Positions 31,101-37,985 of a stretch of 57,904 bases of DNA are shown here, in pieces (the stretch's first letter is position 1; every line of letters begins with the position of its first letter). The notes beneath the pieces were generated by a model. It did not search any database. It was not told the origin of the DNA and saw nothing but the letters and a program-made list of their open reading frames with translations. The translations under genes were made by a program, and so were the position numbers. This stretch comes from an uncultured virus (IMG/VR IMGVR_UViG_3300025121_000022) (taxonomy: Duplodnaviria; Heunggongvirae; Uroviricota; Caudoviricetes), in IMG/VR virus record IMGVR_UViG_3300025121_000022. The stretch is one strand, 5' to 3'.

Positions 31101-33312
31101 CGACTCCAAAACTCCAATATTCATTATCGTAAACATTACTGTAGACAGAACTGGTAAGTTGTGTAGAAAAGACGCTACTTGTTAAAAGCCAATATCCGTT
31201 CTTACTGTCGATTGCTTCCTTTACAAATAAAACTTTAAATATGCTGTTGTTCGTACTATAATTTTTAATACCAAACAAAGAAGAAGATACAAAAGGGGCG
31301 CTATAAAAAAGCTCGCTGTCTACGTCTGCTCTCTTCGGAAACACAACGCCAGCTTCAAGAGTAAATGGAATATAATTAAACCCTGTAGAGCCCGTGATGT
31401 ATTCTAAATCGTCGTCTGTCAAGCTGCTGGTTGCCTGTATTAAGGATACTCCAAAATTATCAGCATCGTCAAGAGAAAGAAGATTTACTTTTCTTGCTGT
31501 TTCCGTTGTGTTGTTTTTTAAAGAATATTCTGTATTGTCTGAATATAGATTTAACTTAACAACTTCCTCATCTGTACCGAAACATCTAATCAGATTTCTT
31601 ACCGACTTCTCTGTTCCTTTACTTTTGAGAACATTTGTAATATTGTTATAGATGTTTTCATAAATTCTGTTCTTAACGTTATAAATCTTCTCTTCGAAAT
31701 CTTCTTCGTTGCTGCGACCAATCAAAGATTCTAATAAAGTAGAATCTATGAAAATATCCGGCACCTTAACTCCAAGACTTTCCAGTCTCTTGTCATTAAA
31801 TGGATATGGTTTTTCATCATCGTTGGAATAATGAACATCATTCAAAGATGAAACCGCATTAACTTGCAGATATAGATGATCAAAATAACTACCTATTATC
31901 TGAGTAAGATTTCTAAGAGAGTAGTCTTCTTGTTCTTGATCTTCTTCTAAAATCCACCCAGGAATATCGTTATAAACCCAAGAGTTGTTAGAAACATCAT
32001 GTATAGAACCAGAGTTCGCCATCTCCGCTGCTTTTGCAGCAACATAAGGGTTGGTAGAATATAAAATAGGCTCTTTATATTCTGTCTCTTTGCCGAAATA
32101 GCTGTCAATAGCAGAACCCGTGCTTCTACTCGTGGACAAGGAACCAGACCAAGCCCCATGAGAAAGGCGACCAGAATAATCCAAAACAATTCGATCTGTC
32201 GCATGTATACTAGAAGAAGAAAAAACTCCTTCGTTAAATTTGTAATAAACTCCAATATCCGTACTAGCGTCATCGGTATTCGCCCCGCCGTCTACCGTAG
32301 AAAACCAATTCTGTCCAATTTCTTCGTTTGTTCTAGCAGATTTCCAAAAACGGAACTCATCCAAAGAACCAGAAAGCTTTCCGGAACCAGTAGCAAACGA
32401 ACCAGACCCAATCAAACCACCAATGGTAGCGTGTACGTAATTTACACAATCAATAAACTTACCAGATCCCGTAGTAGAAGAAACAGAATCATCTCCAACA
32501 AAAAATTCTATGGTAAATGTATTTGCAGTCGCATGATTAGAAAGCTTAAACCCATAGTGTCGCCAGTTATTATCAAATGCTTGCGCAGCCGTATATCCTG
32601 TCAGGTCAATTACGTTTTGACTTGCCGAGCCAGAACAAACAGAAGCAATACTAAAAGCACTGCTGCCGCTGTTGTTCAATAAAATTGTAAAATATTGAGA
32701 ATAATAGTCATTTAAACTAAAGACCACTTCAGAATTGCTACCAGTAATTCCCCTTTTTAACCAAAATTCTATATAATTCCCAGAACTCCCACCAAACCTG
32801 AGATTCGAAGCTCTTTCGTCATCCTCGGAAAAAAGATTCGCCCCTAGATAGGAATTTGCATCCCCAAGATTAGGACCCCCTTTTAAATAAATATATTCAG
32901 GATTTGAAACGATGTTGATTGTTTTCGAAGAAATAGCACCAGTAGACGTAATTGTAATTACATTATCAGAAGAAAAATTAGCATATCCTGTAGTTCTAGG
33001 ATAGATTTTATCAAAAATCCAAGAATCTACAAAAGAACCACTGTTTAAAAACTCTTGTTTTTCAGTTTTGCTGCCATCAAAGGGGTAAAACTCCTGAATT
33101 TTTAGAAAACTATCAGCAAAATACCTCTCTGCACTGCCATATTTACACCAACTTGCCAAATCGTCAAAATCGACATGTGGAACAAACAAACTTTTATCAT
33201 AATTGTACGCAGAAGGATAATTTGTAGATTCAAGCTTATCCTCTATCTCGCTTTTACTTGTCAACTTAAGGTTTTTTAGTTGACTTCGAGAAAAAAGGTC
33301 TTTAATTGCCAT
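22141..33312 (-). CDS. giant (3723 aa) baseplate/tail adhesin protein with LamG domain(s) and FG-GAP beta-propeller
   Basis: LamG motifs IEFWLK, WRHY, GSLDEFRFW; seven FG-GAP-like repeats at about 24480-25630; very rich in S/G/T. Confidence 0.75.
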   Translation of the reverse strand: MAIKDLFSRSQLKNLKLTSKSEIEDKLESTNYPSAYNYDKSLFVPHVDFDDLASWCKYGSAERYFADSFLKIQEFYPFDGSKTEKQEFLNSGSFVDSWIFDKIYPRTTGYANFSSDNVITITSTGAISSKTINIVSNPEYIYLKGGPNLGDANSYLGANLFSEDDERASNLRFGGSSGNYIEFWLKRGITGSNSEVVFSLNDYYSQYFTILLNNSGSSAFSIASVCSGSASQNVIDLTGYTAAQAFDNNWRHYGFKLSNHATANTFTIEFFVGDDSVSSTTGSGKFIDCVNYVHATIGGLIGSGSFATGSGKLSGSLDEFRFWKSARTNEEIGQNWFSTVDGGANTDDASTDIGVYYKFNEGVFSSSSIHATDRIVLDYSGRLSHGAWSGSLSTSRSTGSAIDSYFGKETEYKEPILYSTNPYVAAKAAEMANSGSIHDVSNNSWVYNDIPGWILEEDQEQEDYSLRNLTQIIGSYFDHLYLQVNAVSSLNDVHYSNDDEKPYPFNDKRLESLGVKVPDIFIDSTLLESLIGRSNEEDFEEKIYNVKNRIYENIYNNITNVLKSKGTEKSVRNLIRCFGTDEEVVKLNLYSDNTEYSLKNNTTETARKVNLLSLDDADNFGVSLIQATSSLTDDDLEYITGSTGFNYIPFTLEAGVVFPKRADVDSELFYSAPFVSSSLFGIKNYSTNNSIFKVLFVKEAIDSKNGYWLLTSSVFSTQLTSSVYSNVYDNEYWSFGVGLYPNSQDASNITSTTYWLDFYGVNYCGDIKQNSFNVSASISQVLATSSLQTSRRIYAGAARTNFTGSIEQYSDVKFANIRYFQKKLQTEEIDAHARDPFNYGVLNPSREMEKESNLQESQALALNWEFGTGSLSALTYGGISYYGINVTDYSSGSYVYLHNGSVDNVVERHYPGIAIFFTSGTTPQVREHILAGRQQLPESLSSGDMVSILSNDDEYFTRDSRPVKYFWALEKSIYQNVSEEILKFFAGVVDFNNLIGEPVNRYREEYKSLAKLRKIFFERIGNTPSVEKYLNYYKWIDSSIGQMVQQLIPATADFSEEMRTVVESHVLERNKYQTPYPTMEFKTEEPEAHAYGVNELLYNWGETHANRPPLFNTVSTLYPATEKMPYEAVYLTKGYVPEISGSGIHGYLYHNTTSDLDKIKRIYLNGNNWVTGATEETFLMRGFVSHATQNIFLAVSTASSTGDDIYTAGATYYVNSGSGWVKSPETFGSQKKSPPIYLSTIDAFVTKTYNAATSSFYTSSNGYTWGEVVDSRESGLSPNNAAYLLFHHAGLNRLYLFAIATETTVDVRYTNPVTLVPATTCTGPSSLDQNAGLRAVDYFSDNKMAFVMDKGAQDWGANFYFYTSSLDGNSFGYVNETGYIPYGIGVRLFWTLAANKDRSKMLVYGVNQGTTYGYTNMVYLMSRESTDLTLIRYDTYNCSVNSEWITNPWAFVDENDIFYICNASGSAGAESVQISSSADQGLTWGNSTHSVVTDLDGTADMWRWKKQRAEGGFSEIASGDPSVNSNKTQLKYTMFSNVSGSTFAKRHFSVVTEPSSTYIKTLTGSLNSSPFTSIENIKVSSSTHQFYTVPSGYSSSIATGHEPDRKNIIGNYSHDYEIVNVSGRYNQRPDMVASGAHNGGYFVSDLGMVPAEIYTSGTVVDHYDIVTSSVVAVSSSDFSSCAYQNLSYYPDEYEGPNGEVSSSTGFSADGVALTTHGMAYPGDFWFNSGSVLWVRIIARTADSSSYPWIYSFYDYGEIAWDIPYCYFDLTSGSGAIGSSSVAVVTSSITELGNAFYDCRYAFTATRNVGLADSNYVKIYYAQASEDYSVTGTALRLDQFILHNVSVDVSGSSSIPVYSSWTSSYLSGESPNNFAPFKGVDKYCFRTLFSSPGEKKTLTKIWLDPVAEELSTHNAQPFRNLEVRQEYDTSLQLHMVSGGLSTTGVANVHKTNCNPLRTVVVNPTEILQERYDNGFVSHQIPRSIYGYSWISGSTTQPTTGSMVLEFQEVSGTTNLVNWVGTASLNVRTKENEISTTTNTLTHNASWQTGSWSPYQWASWEQIRAGEGPVARALRKENIYSVEDPSKERIFVDSQGREKHFFDNRADSFTNYYEPVVTWNKPITHIVEDINKNIVSFTYPYRNLKEHFANQKLANRLNVGECSIPIYETCLNLYKLGEHKFVSIYSPEIIYPKHENVGFDMIHARNYYDDSTSSGIKGSDRITFWKDTEDDRTQSNFVNSLGFNMGIGSVWALEDGSGSSPYGELASMGETRTKDLIAYGRTGIPSLQFCYDVYLSGSTLKESGTNYTANSESGINPFYNSYDKYSDEIRPMGARYTILPEFRISEHMGWYINEAGGDFRKKNRGILTAVGTNVSSSMYNSSRTTANEEFYKIYSHSDMMKAFNEVYDDHKKQKDKVREFSMTFRGIKKLLPYNGFYPVQRSVQLGNLLSQSYAPYISWDTNKSNKESAIQSLIQPFYAPGIFYNTVKSGIAVDWPIMTGTTGDEDDFSVNYYSGTIKNYSGYRMPFESIIDPSYALPLSSSNNSSREGRMYLLSPDYEETLVAKLEQEITGTASSLFSYDMKLDRDNSQFVVGTFRDTTDPTGSVQVFNYTSGTWTKHSDLIPTGTIVSGDKYGSAVAIYGDEAFVGSYASDISGETGAGRVLYFKKQTNIWQCVQEITASDFTGSGVFGRALSFDGTTLAVGANIYGGGDTLEGRAYILQSGSSGYVEVAEFSSSVEPDDGAYGGKVLVSGTWAFVSEYGGAGTPTIGKIYIYKTNGVDPWSLLQAISASDGGADDYFGVSVAISGTKTSVDGYGSQLAVGSYYTYEDGQQAGSVYLYELDYLRGWIEKQKIVSGESGTGDLFGASVDFCDGLMIVGATGLDDAASNAGGVYLYEKENGYYYFREKISDGFAANDVVGSKVAVSGSQLFAGAHGADKIFIYSGEYVGSAYPFISWDGENKTDYSLASNNFFAESSRFFLKDEKFTSFVSKKESEFKTMQSGTTYYMDLILAKDGIDMVRSSDDNYQGRYFGPPSLIYNLTEVSSSDFASASLTNDLMKKDPSFIQFTPPYYYGDSICRVSFLADDTKKYTLDEILAGLQVESYDREKEELFRGIHRDLRTYKDVILNFVNTKLFTSGTVFTSIGDYTPFINADGFFAAYDVSGNEIAVQRFTGSTSVDGEIIIDSGSASRRSMSAQAFFRAINLLPVDVTTTYVNTSSGELYVRDYSNNQKFGYRISGTNLAGSAAYLENLKPEMIISGSDYDNFDGLTVENLLRDNFYTYSTAIVDSLWYQIYSLYKDSAAYSGSMPFVSSVDIFGKTREKVTTYSVGQETGARTTEDSDSTSFDRWVISTRYECPVLHVTSSNSSQGSSVWSSYGQIPTGSAGLYLKIEDSIRGIGQTTKVVPEYQISFANSTSDITVGSLLDVCGFTPSKKRVGEVASFKKFKEAVVAIPFLDEQRTQEPVTTEIAGRNFFKISRQKLEEQRRRVSEGRMVVEESMKQRKTTSITRMVEKMKNYIIPPEFDFGTYSDMEPFAMYIFEIEHTFTKDDLALIWQGLMPESSRRAEKVETSISHPFDEYEFFNEEGIPENTRWMVFKVKQKAEKNYFKVTENNKDDDRFIFDFQVGRKEPEYSYNWPYDFCSLVELGEIEADLIIRPSIEQIQAEGINVPRADSMAGAETDSDGGKKKEMDNPPQNIVVASSEEQEGPPTVGMFENLGDKRRR

Positions 33313-33346
33313 AAAGGTAAAACTCCCTTAAAAGGATTATGCCATA

Positions 33347-33354
33347 GTAATTAT
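33347..33354 (-). promoter_or_regulatory. putative late promoter variant ATAATTAC
   Basis: Intergenic, upstream of the giant tail gene. Confidence 0.4.
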
Positions 33355-33373
33355 ATGTTCTTGCAGGTTTTTT

Positions 33374-34789
33374 CTATTTTCCAATACGGAATTTGAAAGT
33401 TTGTGGCAAAACTCTAAATTCAGAGCCTATTTCGTACCCAACCGCGATTTCATATTGATAATCTTTCTCAAACATCGACATGTCTAGATAAAAATAATTA
33501 CCTTCTTTATCGTAGGACATCAAAGTGCCGCTGCTCTGAGAAGATTTGTTATAATCAAGCACAATTAAATCATCAATGGTTCTGCGTACTTGGTAATAGA
33601 CCTTTTCGACAATCGTATTTTCAACCGCAGACTGCGCAGCCGTATAGATTGTTGGAGTCCAGTCTTTTAGCCTCAAAAACAAGTTAAACCTTACGTTTGT
33701 TTCTGTTCTTTTATACTCAGATTTTAAATTTGTTATCTTGCCAACATATTCAGTCTGTTCCAAGCTATCGAAAGCCGACAATGTGTGAACGTCTATTGTG
33801 CCCGTCCATAGACAATTGCCTAAAGAGTCATACCAACGGTCGTAAATAATCTCTTCTGTCGTAGTAATTGTAGCCGTTATGTAATATTTCCCGGTACTCT
33901 CTAAAGTAGCAGTAATGGGAGTCCCTTCAACTGGTGTTATTGAGCCCGTACCTGCCGAAGAGTCAAAAAACCTAACCACCATTGGTGTATTGGGAACATT
34001 TGACCAAACATATCTAGGACGATTGTAAAAATAAAGCTTATTTGAATTGTCAGAAACTAAATTGCTCTTCGCATAAAAATTACCACGGTCATCCGTCTTG
34101 GAATCGTTAAACCTAGCTTCAATTATCGGTTGGCTGTAATAATATTCTGATGTTCTTGCAGAAAATCTCTTTGTATAGTATGAAGAAGAGGCTAAACAAT
34201 CCTCCATACTACCAGAAAGTTTTATTACAAGACCATAGTTTCTCTGTCCTGTTCCGGAAGCCTCATAGGTAATCCAACTACTAACAAAAGAGCTAATATC
34301 CAGTTCTAGATTGTCCGCAGAAGAAGTAAAACTAGCCGTTAGTGCGGTCCCTACAAAATCTCCTCCTGCAGTTGTCCATGCAGTCTGTGCGTTACTAGCA
34401 GAAGACCACGAAGCGCCATCTCCATCATATAAAAACCCCTCCATATCCATTCCGTGGCCTTCATCCCAACTTCTAGAAACTTGCTGCACGTCTAGTGTAA
34501 ATGTCTCTGGAGTCGTTTCCTGATGTGCTACATCAAAAAGACGTAAATAATAGCTTACTCCAGAGTCTGGTACTGTACCAGCAACGATATCAGAATATAA
34601 AGTCGATATGGGGAAGTTTATTAAAATTCTCATCTTCTCAACAGAAGATGTATTTACCCTTCCAAAAGCGCTAAATACCTCTAAAACATCAGAACCACCC
34701 ATATTGCAGGTGGTAGCCCTAGTAGAAAGGTCTTCTTCATAAGCATTTGTTATAGAAGTGTCTTTGTCCGCAACATATCTTTTAATCAT
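33374..34789 (-). CDS. virion structural protein (DNRLRE-like beta-sandwich N-terminus)
   Basis: ADKDTSI, RILINF, VSRSWDEG, WTTAGGDF, NYGLVIK, PIIE pattern; coupled to the baseplate wedge gene. Confidence 0.6.
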   Translation of the reverse strand: MIKRYVADKDTSITNAYEEDLSTRATTCNMGGSDVLEVFSAFGRVNTSSVEKMRILINFPISTLYSDIVAGTVPDSGVSYYLRLFDVAHQETTPETFTLDVQQVSRSWDEGHGMDMEGFLYDGDGASWSSASNAQTAWTTAGGDFVGTALTASFTSSADNLELDISSFVSSWITYEASGTGQRNYGLVIKLSGSMEDCLASSSYYTKRFSARTSEYYYSQPIIEARFNDSKTDDRGNFYAKSNLVSDNSNKLYFYNRPRYVWSNVPNTPMVVRFFDSSAGTGSITPVEGTPITATLESTGKYYITATITTTEEIIYDRWYDSLGNCLWTGTIDVHTLSAFDSLEQTEYVGKITNLKSEYKRTETNVRFNLFLRLKDWTPTIYTAAQSAVENTIVEKVYYQVRRTIDDLIVLDYNKSSQSSGTLMSYDKEGNYFYLDMSMFEKDYQYEIAVGYEIGSEFRVLPQTFKFRIGK

Positions 34790-36576
34790 TATCTAACAAC
34801 TCCCTTTACGTCCGCTTCGAAGTCTCTAAGTTCGAACACACAATTCTTAGGACACTCTATAAAAAGATCATCTGCACTAGCAAATTTATCAAAATCAAAC
34901 CCAAAGTCTGAATAAACTCCGCCTCGTTTCTCTACGATTTCTACTTTTGTAGTATCCACAACTCCGTCAACTGCATTTAGTGTCTTAAAAATCTCTGATT
35001 TTGACAAAGATTGACCAATATCAAACTTTATTTTCATCGCATCTTTTAAAGCAGAAATGCAAGACTCTAAAACTTCATATTTTTCTTTACTTGGATACGA
35101 TATTACCTCAAAATTGATACCAAAATTAACAATTCTTGCATCCAATATGTCAACAGTGTCGTTAATCATCTTATACTGAGTAATCCAAGTTTTTAGGTTG
35201 TTTTTTATTGTGGTATTTGTCTCAGTTAAATATCCATCTTGGTCTTCAGACACCACATAAAGATTTAGATTTCTCTTAAAAGAATTGTTGTCTTTTACAA
35301 CATTAACTCTTTTTACTGAACCAAACTTAGCCGGCATTCCATAACAAACGAACCTATAGTCTTCTGAAGAAACCGCTCTTTTCTGAGAAGAAAAGGCTCC
35401 CATAATCCTCTTTTTTAATTCCTCTGTACTCGGAAGAGTTATGTCGCCTGTAATCGGCTCATCGTTGGTAACTTCTAAAGAAGATTTAATTGTAGACAGA
35501 ATGGAGGTTGACAACTGGTTGACATTATCAAACTCATAAACCGCCTCTCCCACTCTCACCAAAGTTCCAACCCCAATGTTGACGTTATCTGTTGTGTTTT
35601 TCCTTACTTTTATGCGTAAAGTAGTATTTGAAGGAGCAATTCCTAGAGAATCAGACTTTACTAATCGGCTGGGGTCAAAAGAATCAGTAGAAATATAGTC
35701 TTTCCCATATATGTTTAAGAAAACATTTGCAGGTTCAACTAAATCCATTGTAGCGTCATCAGAATCGTTTCCCTGCCCAAACTGAAGATATGTTTTTCTC
35801 CTTTCTCTCTCGACCACAAATCTTCTAGGAACAGCATACGGCTTCATAAGATAAGCCGCATACTCTCTCGAAGATGTATAGTTTGGAATAGCTTTATAAA
35901 TTATGTTTTGTGATAAAGAATCTACTTCGTAGTATTCCTTGCCGCTAGAGTCCACAACAGATACAACTTCCGCTATATCGTCACTTGTAAGCTCTAATTT
36001 TGGGAATTTTTCATAGTCGCCTACAACAATTTCCTCATAAACAAACTCTCCGGAAACAACTTGTCCTTTTGCTCTAACCGCATAATACGTTGGATAACCA
36101 TTGTCACCTATTTGAGCTACTAAGATATCGTTTCCTGTAGCAGAAAACACCACATCTTCACTAAGAACAAAAGATTTACCGTCTGCAGAAGAAAACTGAC
36201 TGCCAACTTTAAGAACGGGATAATATCTTGAGTCTGGCCCCTGCGAATTTGAGGCTGCAGGAACAAGAATATAAAAAGTCGCAATACCATAAGAAGAAGG
36301 ATTCCCCGTAAAGCTCCAACCTCTAGACCGGCCGTGACGAATTATGTTATTATATTCTAAAGAAGTTTCAAAAAAAGATTCGTTTACCGCATAGTCAATA
36401 AACCACGATAAGCTATCGCCTATTATAGATACCTCATCCATCACCAAAGAACCAAACGAAGCCTCGCTAAAGTCTTTGTAAGTGTTTGGATAATATCTCT
36501 TGGTATAGTCCAACAAAGAGTCTCGAATGCTTTCAAAATCTCTTGCTGTATATTTAATTGGAACCTTCTTTGTCAT
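34789..36576 (-). CDS. baseplate wedge subunit (T4 gp6 / baseplate J-like)
   Basis: YTARDFESIRDSL...YYP...DFSEASFG, NESFFET, LQFGQG, QKRAVSSEDY. Confidence 0.85.
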   Translation of the reverse strand: MTKKVPIKYTARDFESIRDSLLDYTKRYYPNTYKDFSEASFGSLVMDEVSIIGDSLSWFIDYAVNESFFETSLEYNNIIRHGRSRGWSFTGNPSSYGIATFYILVPAASNSQGPDSRYYPVLKVGSQFSSADGKSFVLSEDVVFSATGNDILVAQIGDNGYPTYYAVRAKGQVVSGEFVYEEIVVGDYEKFPKLELTSDDIAEVVSVVDSSGKEYYEVDSLSQNIIYKAIPNYTSSREYAAYLMKPYAVPRRFVVERERRKTYLQFGQGNDSDDATMDLVEPANVFLNIYGKDYISTDSFDPSRLVKSDSLGIAPSNTTLRIKVRKNTTDNVNIGVGTLVRVGEAVYEFDNVNQLSTSILSTIKSSLEVTNDEPITGDITLPSTEELKKRIMGAFSSQKRAVSSEDYRFVCYGMPAKFGSVKRVNVVKDNNSFKRNLNLYVVSEDQDGYLTETNTTIKNNLKTWITQYKMINDTVDILDARIVNFGINFEVISYPSKEKYEVLESCISALKDAMKIKFDIGQSLSKSEIFKTLNAVDGVVDTTKVEIVEKRGGVYSDFGFDFDKFASADDLFIECPKNCVFELRDFEADVKGVVR

Positions 36577-36584
36577 TAAACTTG

Positions 36585-36625
36585 AGACTTAACCCACGAA
36601 CTTCTAGTTAACGTGGGTTAAGTCT
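36585..36625. repeat. perfect 14-bp inverted repeat (hairpin) AGACTTAACCCACG / CGTGGGTTAAGTCT
   Basis: Arms at 36585-36598 and 36612-36625; the 13-nt loop contains an inner AACT/AGTT stem. Confidence 0.9.
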
Positions 36626-36678
36626 TCTCCTCCTATTAAAAAGAATGAATTTACAAAAAAATCAACACATTCCACTTT

Positions 36679-37935
36679 TTGTACTATATTTATAATGTGT
36701 CGAAACGTCACTCTACAACTCCTGATAATAACCTCCCCATAACTATCCTCGGCCAACACATTCGGCTGGATCTTAATAACGTCCAGGCAACATTTTTCGA
36801 ACGTTGCGCTGGAATTTCTCGTTTCGTCTACAACTGGGGATTGGACCGTTGGAAAACTCAATACGAAGCCGGAGGAAAGCCGTCTTGGATTAGTCTTAAC
36901 ACCGAGTTGAATGCCTGCAAAACCACGGAATTCCCTTGGATGGCAAATCTTCCGTGGGCTGTCGCCAATACGGCGCTGTCCAACCTCGGTTCTGCTTTCT
37001 CCAACTTCTTTCGTCGTGTTAAATCTGGCCAAAAGCCCGGCTATCCCCGTTTCAAGTCGAAGAAATGGAACAAAGCAACCTTTGCTATTGAAGGTCGAGC
37101 CCTCCGATTTGACGGCCGAAGAGTCAAAATCCCCAAGCTTGGTTGGGTCCGCACCCGACAAGAGATAAGATTCCCTGGTAAAATCCTGTCCGCTCACTTT
37201 ACGAAACAAGCCGGTCATTGGTACGTCTCGATCCAAGTTCAAGTCTCCGACTCCTGGTCCTATCCTCACCGCTGCGAAACCCAAGAAGCGGTTGGAGTGG
37301 ACCTCGGACTTCGAGACCTTGCCGTGCTCTCCACGGGAGAGCGGGTCGAGGCTCCGCGCATTCTGCGTGCTCATGAAACCAGACTGCGACGACTCAACAA
37401 GGAAATGTCTCGTCGCGTCAAAGGAGGGAAGAATTGGCAGAAGACCAAAACGAAGCTTGGTCGGTTGCATGAACGGATTTCCAACATCCGCAAAGACGTA
37501 ACACATAAGCTTACCGCTGGGCTGGTCCGAGACTTTCGTCGGATTGGAATCGAGGACTTGAACGTCAAAGGAATGATGGCAAATCACCATCTTGCAAAGT
37601 CGGTTGCAGATGCTGCCTTGTCGGAAATCAGGCGTCAGCTCACGTATAAGGCTCCGCTTGCCGGCAGCGAAATCATCGTTGCTGACCGCTGGTTCCCTTC
37701 TTCCAAGCTGTGTTCCGACTGCGGAACAAGACGAGAAGGACCGTTGCCTTTGTCTGTCCGAGAATGGGTTTGCGAGGCTTGTGGGGTTGTCCACGACCGA
37801 GACATCAACGCAGCCATTAATCTTAGAACCGCCGCCCTGGCGGGGATAGCCTGCTGCCAAGAAAGCTCTGGCTCTGGCCTTACGGCCAGAACGAAACTTC
37901 CTCATGGGCAGGAATCGAGCAACTGTGCTAACTAA
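36679..37935 (+). CDS. tnpB: RNA-guided endonuclease TnpB, catalytic residues intact
   Basis: HTH start HIRLDLNNVQ...RFVYNWGL; GYPRFKSK; RuvC-I VGVDLG; RuvC-II IEDLNV; Zn finger CSDC...CEAC; RuvC-III DRDINAAINL. The true start may be GTG at 36697. Confidence 0.95.
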   Translation: MYYIYNVSKRHSTTPDNNLPITILGQHIRLDLNNVQATFFERCAGISRFVYNWGLDRWKTQYEAGGKPSWISLNTELNACKTTEFPWMANLPWAVANTALSNLGSAFSNFFRRVKSGQKPGYPRFKSKKWNKATFAIEGRALRFDGRRVKIPKLGWVRTRQEIRFPGKILSAHFTKQAGHWYVSIQVQVSDSWSYPHRCETQEAVGVDLGLRDLAVLSTGERVEAPRILRAHETRLRRLNKEMSRRVKGGKNWQKTKTKLGRLHERISNIRKDVTHKLTAGLVRDFRRIGIEDLNVKGMMANHHLAKSVADAALSEIRRQLTYKAPLAGSEIIVADRWFPSSKLCSDCGTRREGPLPLSVREWVCEACGVVHDRDINAAINLRTAALAGIACCQESSGSGLTARTKLPHGQESSNCAN

Positions 37936-37985
37936 GGAGTTCATGGTTTAAGTCTCGAAGGGGATAATTAGATTAAATTACGATA
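37820..37985 (+). ncRNA. predicted TnpB omegaRNA (scaffold overlapping the tnpB 3' end, guide from the right flank)
   Basis: This arrangement is established for TnpB. Stems CCTGC..CCA/TGGGCAGG and TCTGGCC-TTAC-GGCCAGA, with a compensatory change in copy 2. The 5' limit is a guess. Confidence 0.6.
37964..37971 (-). promoter_or_regulatory. putative late promoter motif CTAATTAT abutting the element right end
   Basis: Same motif as at 12923 and 45517. Confidence 0.45.

Larger units (their letters stand above)
36581..37964 (+). mobile_element. non-autonomous tnpB-only insertion element (IS607/IS605-type), boundaries approximate
   Basis: Visibly GC-richer and on the opposite strand to the flanking operon. 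The right end is defined by identity with the second copy up to ...AAGTCTCGAAGGGGA. The left end is inferred from an imperfect inverted repeat. No tnpA. Confidence 0.8.

Noticed and set aside
22141..33312. Diversity-generating retroelement target in the giant tail protein
   Set aside because: No reverse transcriptase and no TR/VR repeat pair were seen in this window.
36604..37944. 446-aa ORF antisense to tnpB
   Set aside because: It is a shadow frame of a GC-rich gene, with no recognisable motifs, and is confined to the element.
36581..37964. IStron (group I intron-IS hybrid)
   Set aside because: The element is intergenic, and its left end (about 100 nt) is too short for a group I core; no P7-like motifs were seen.
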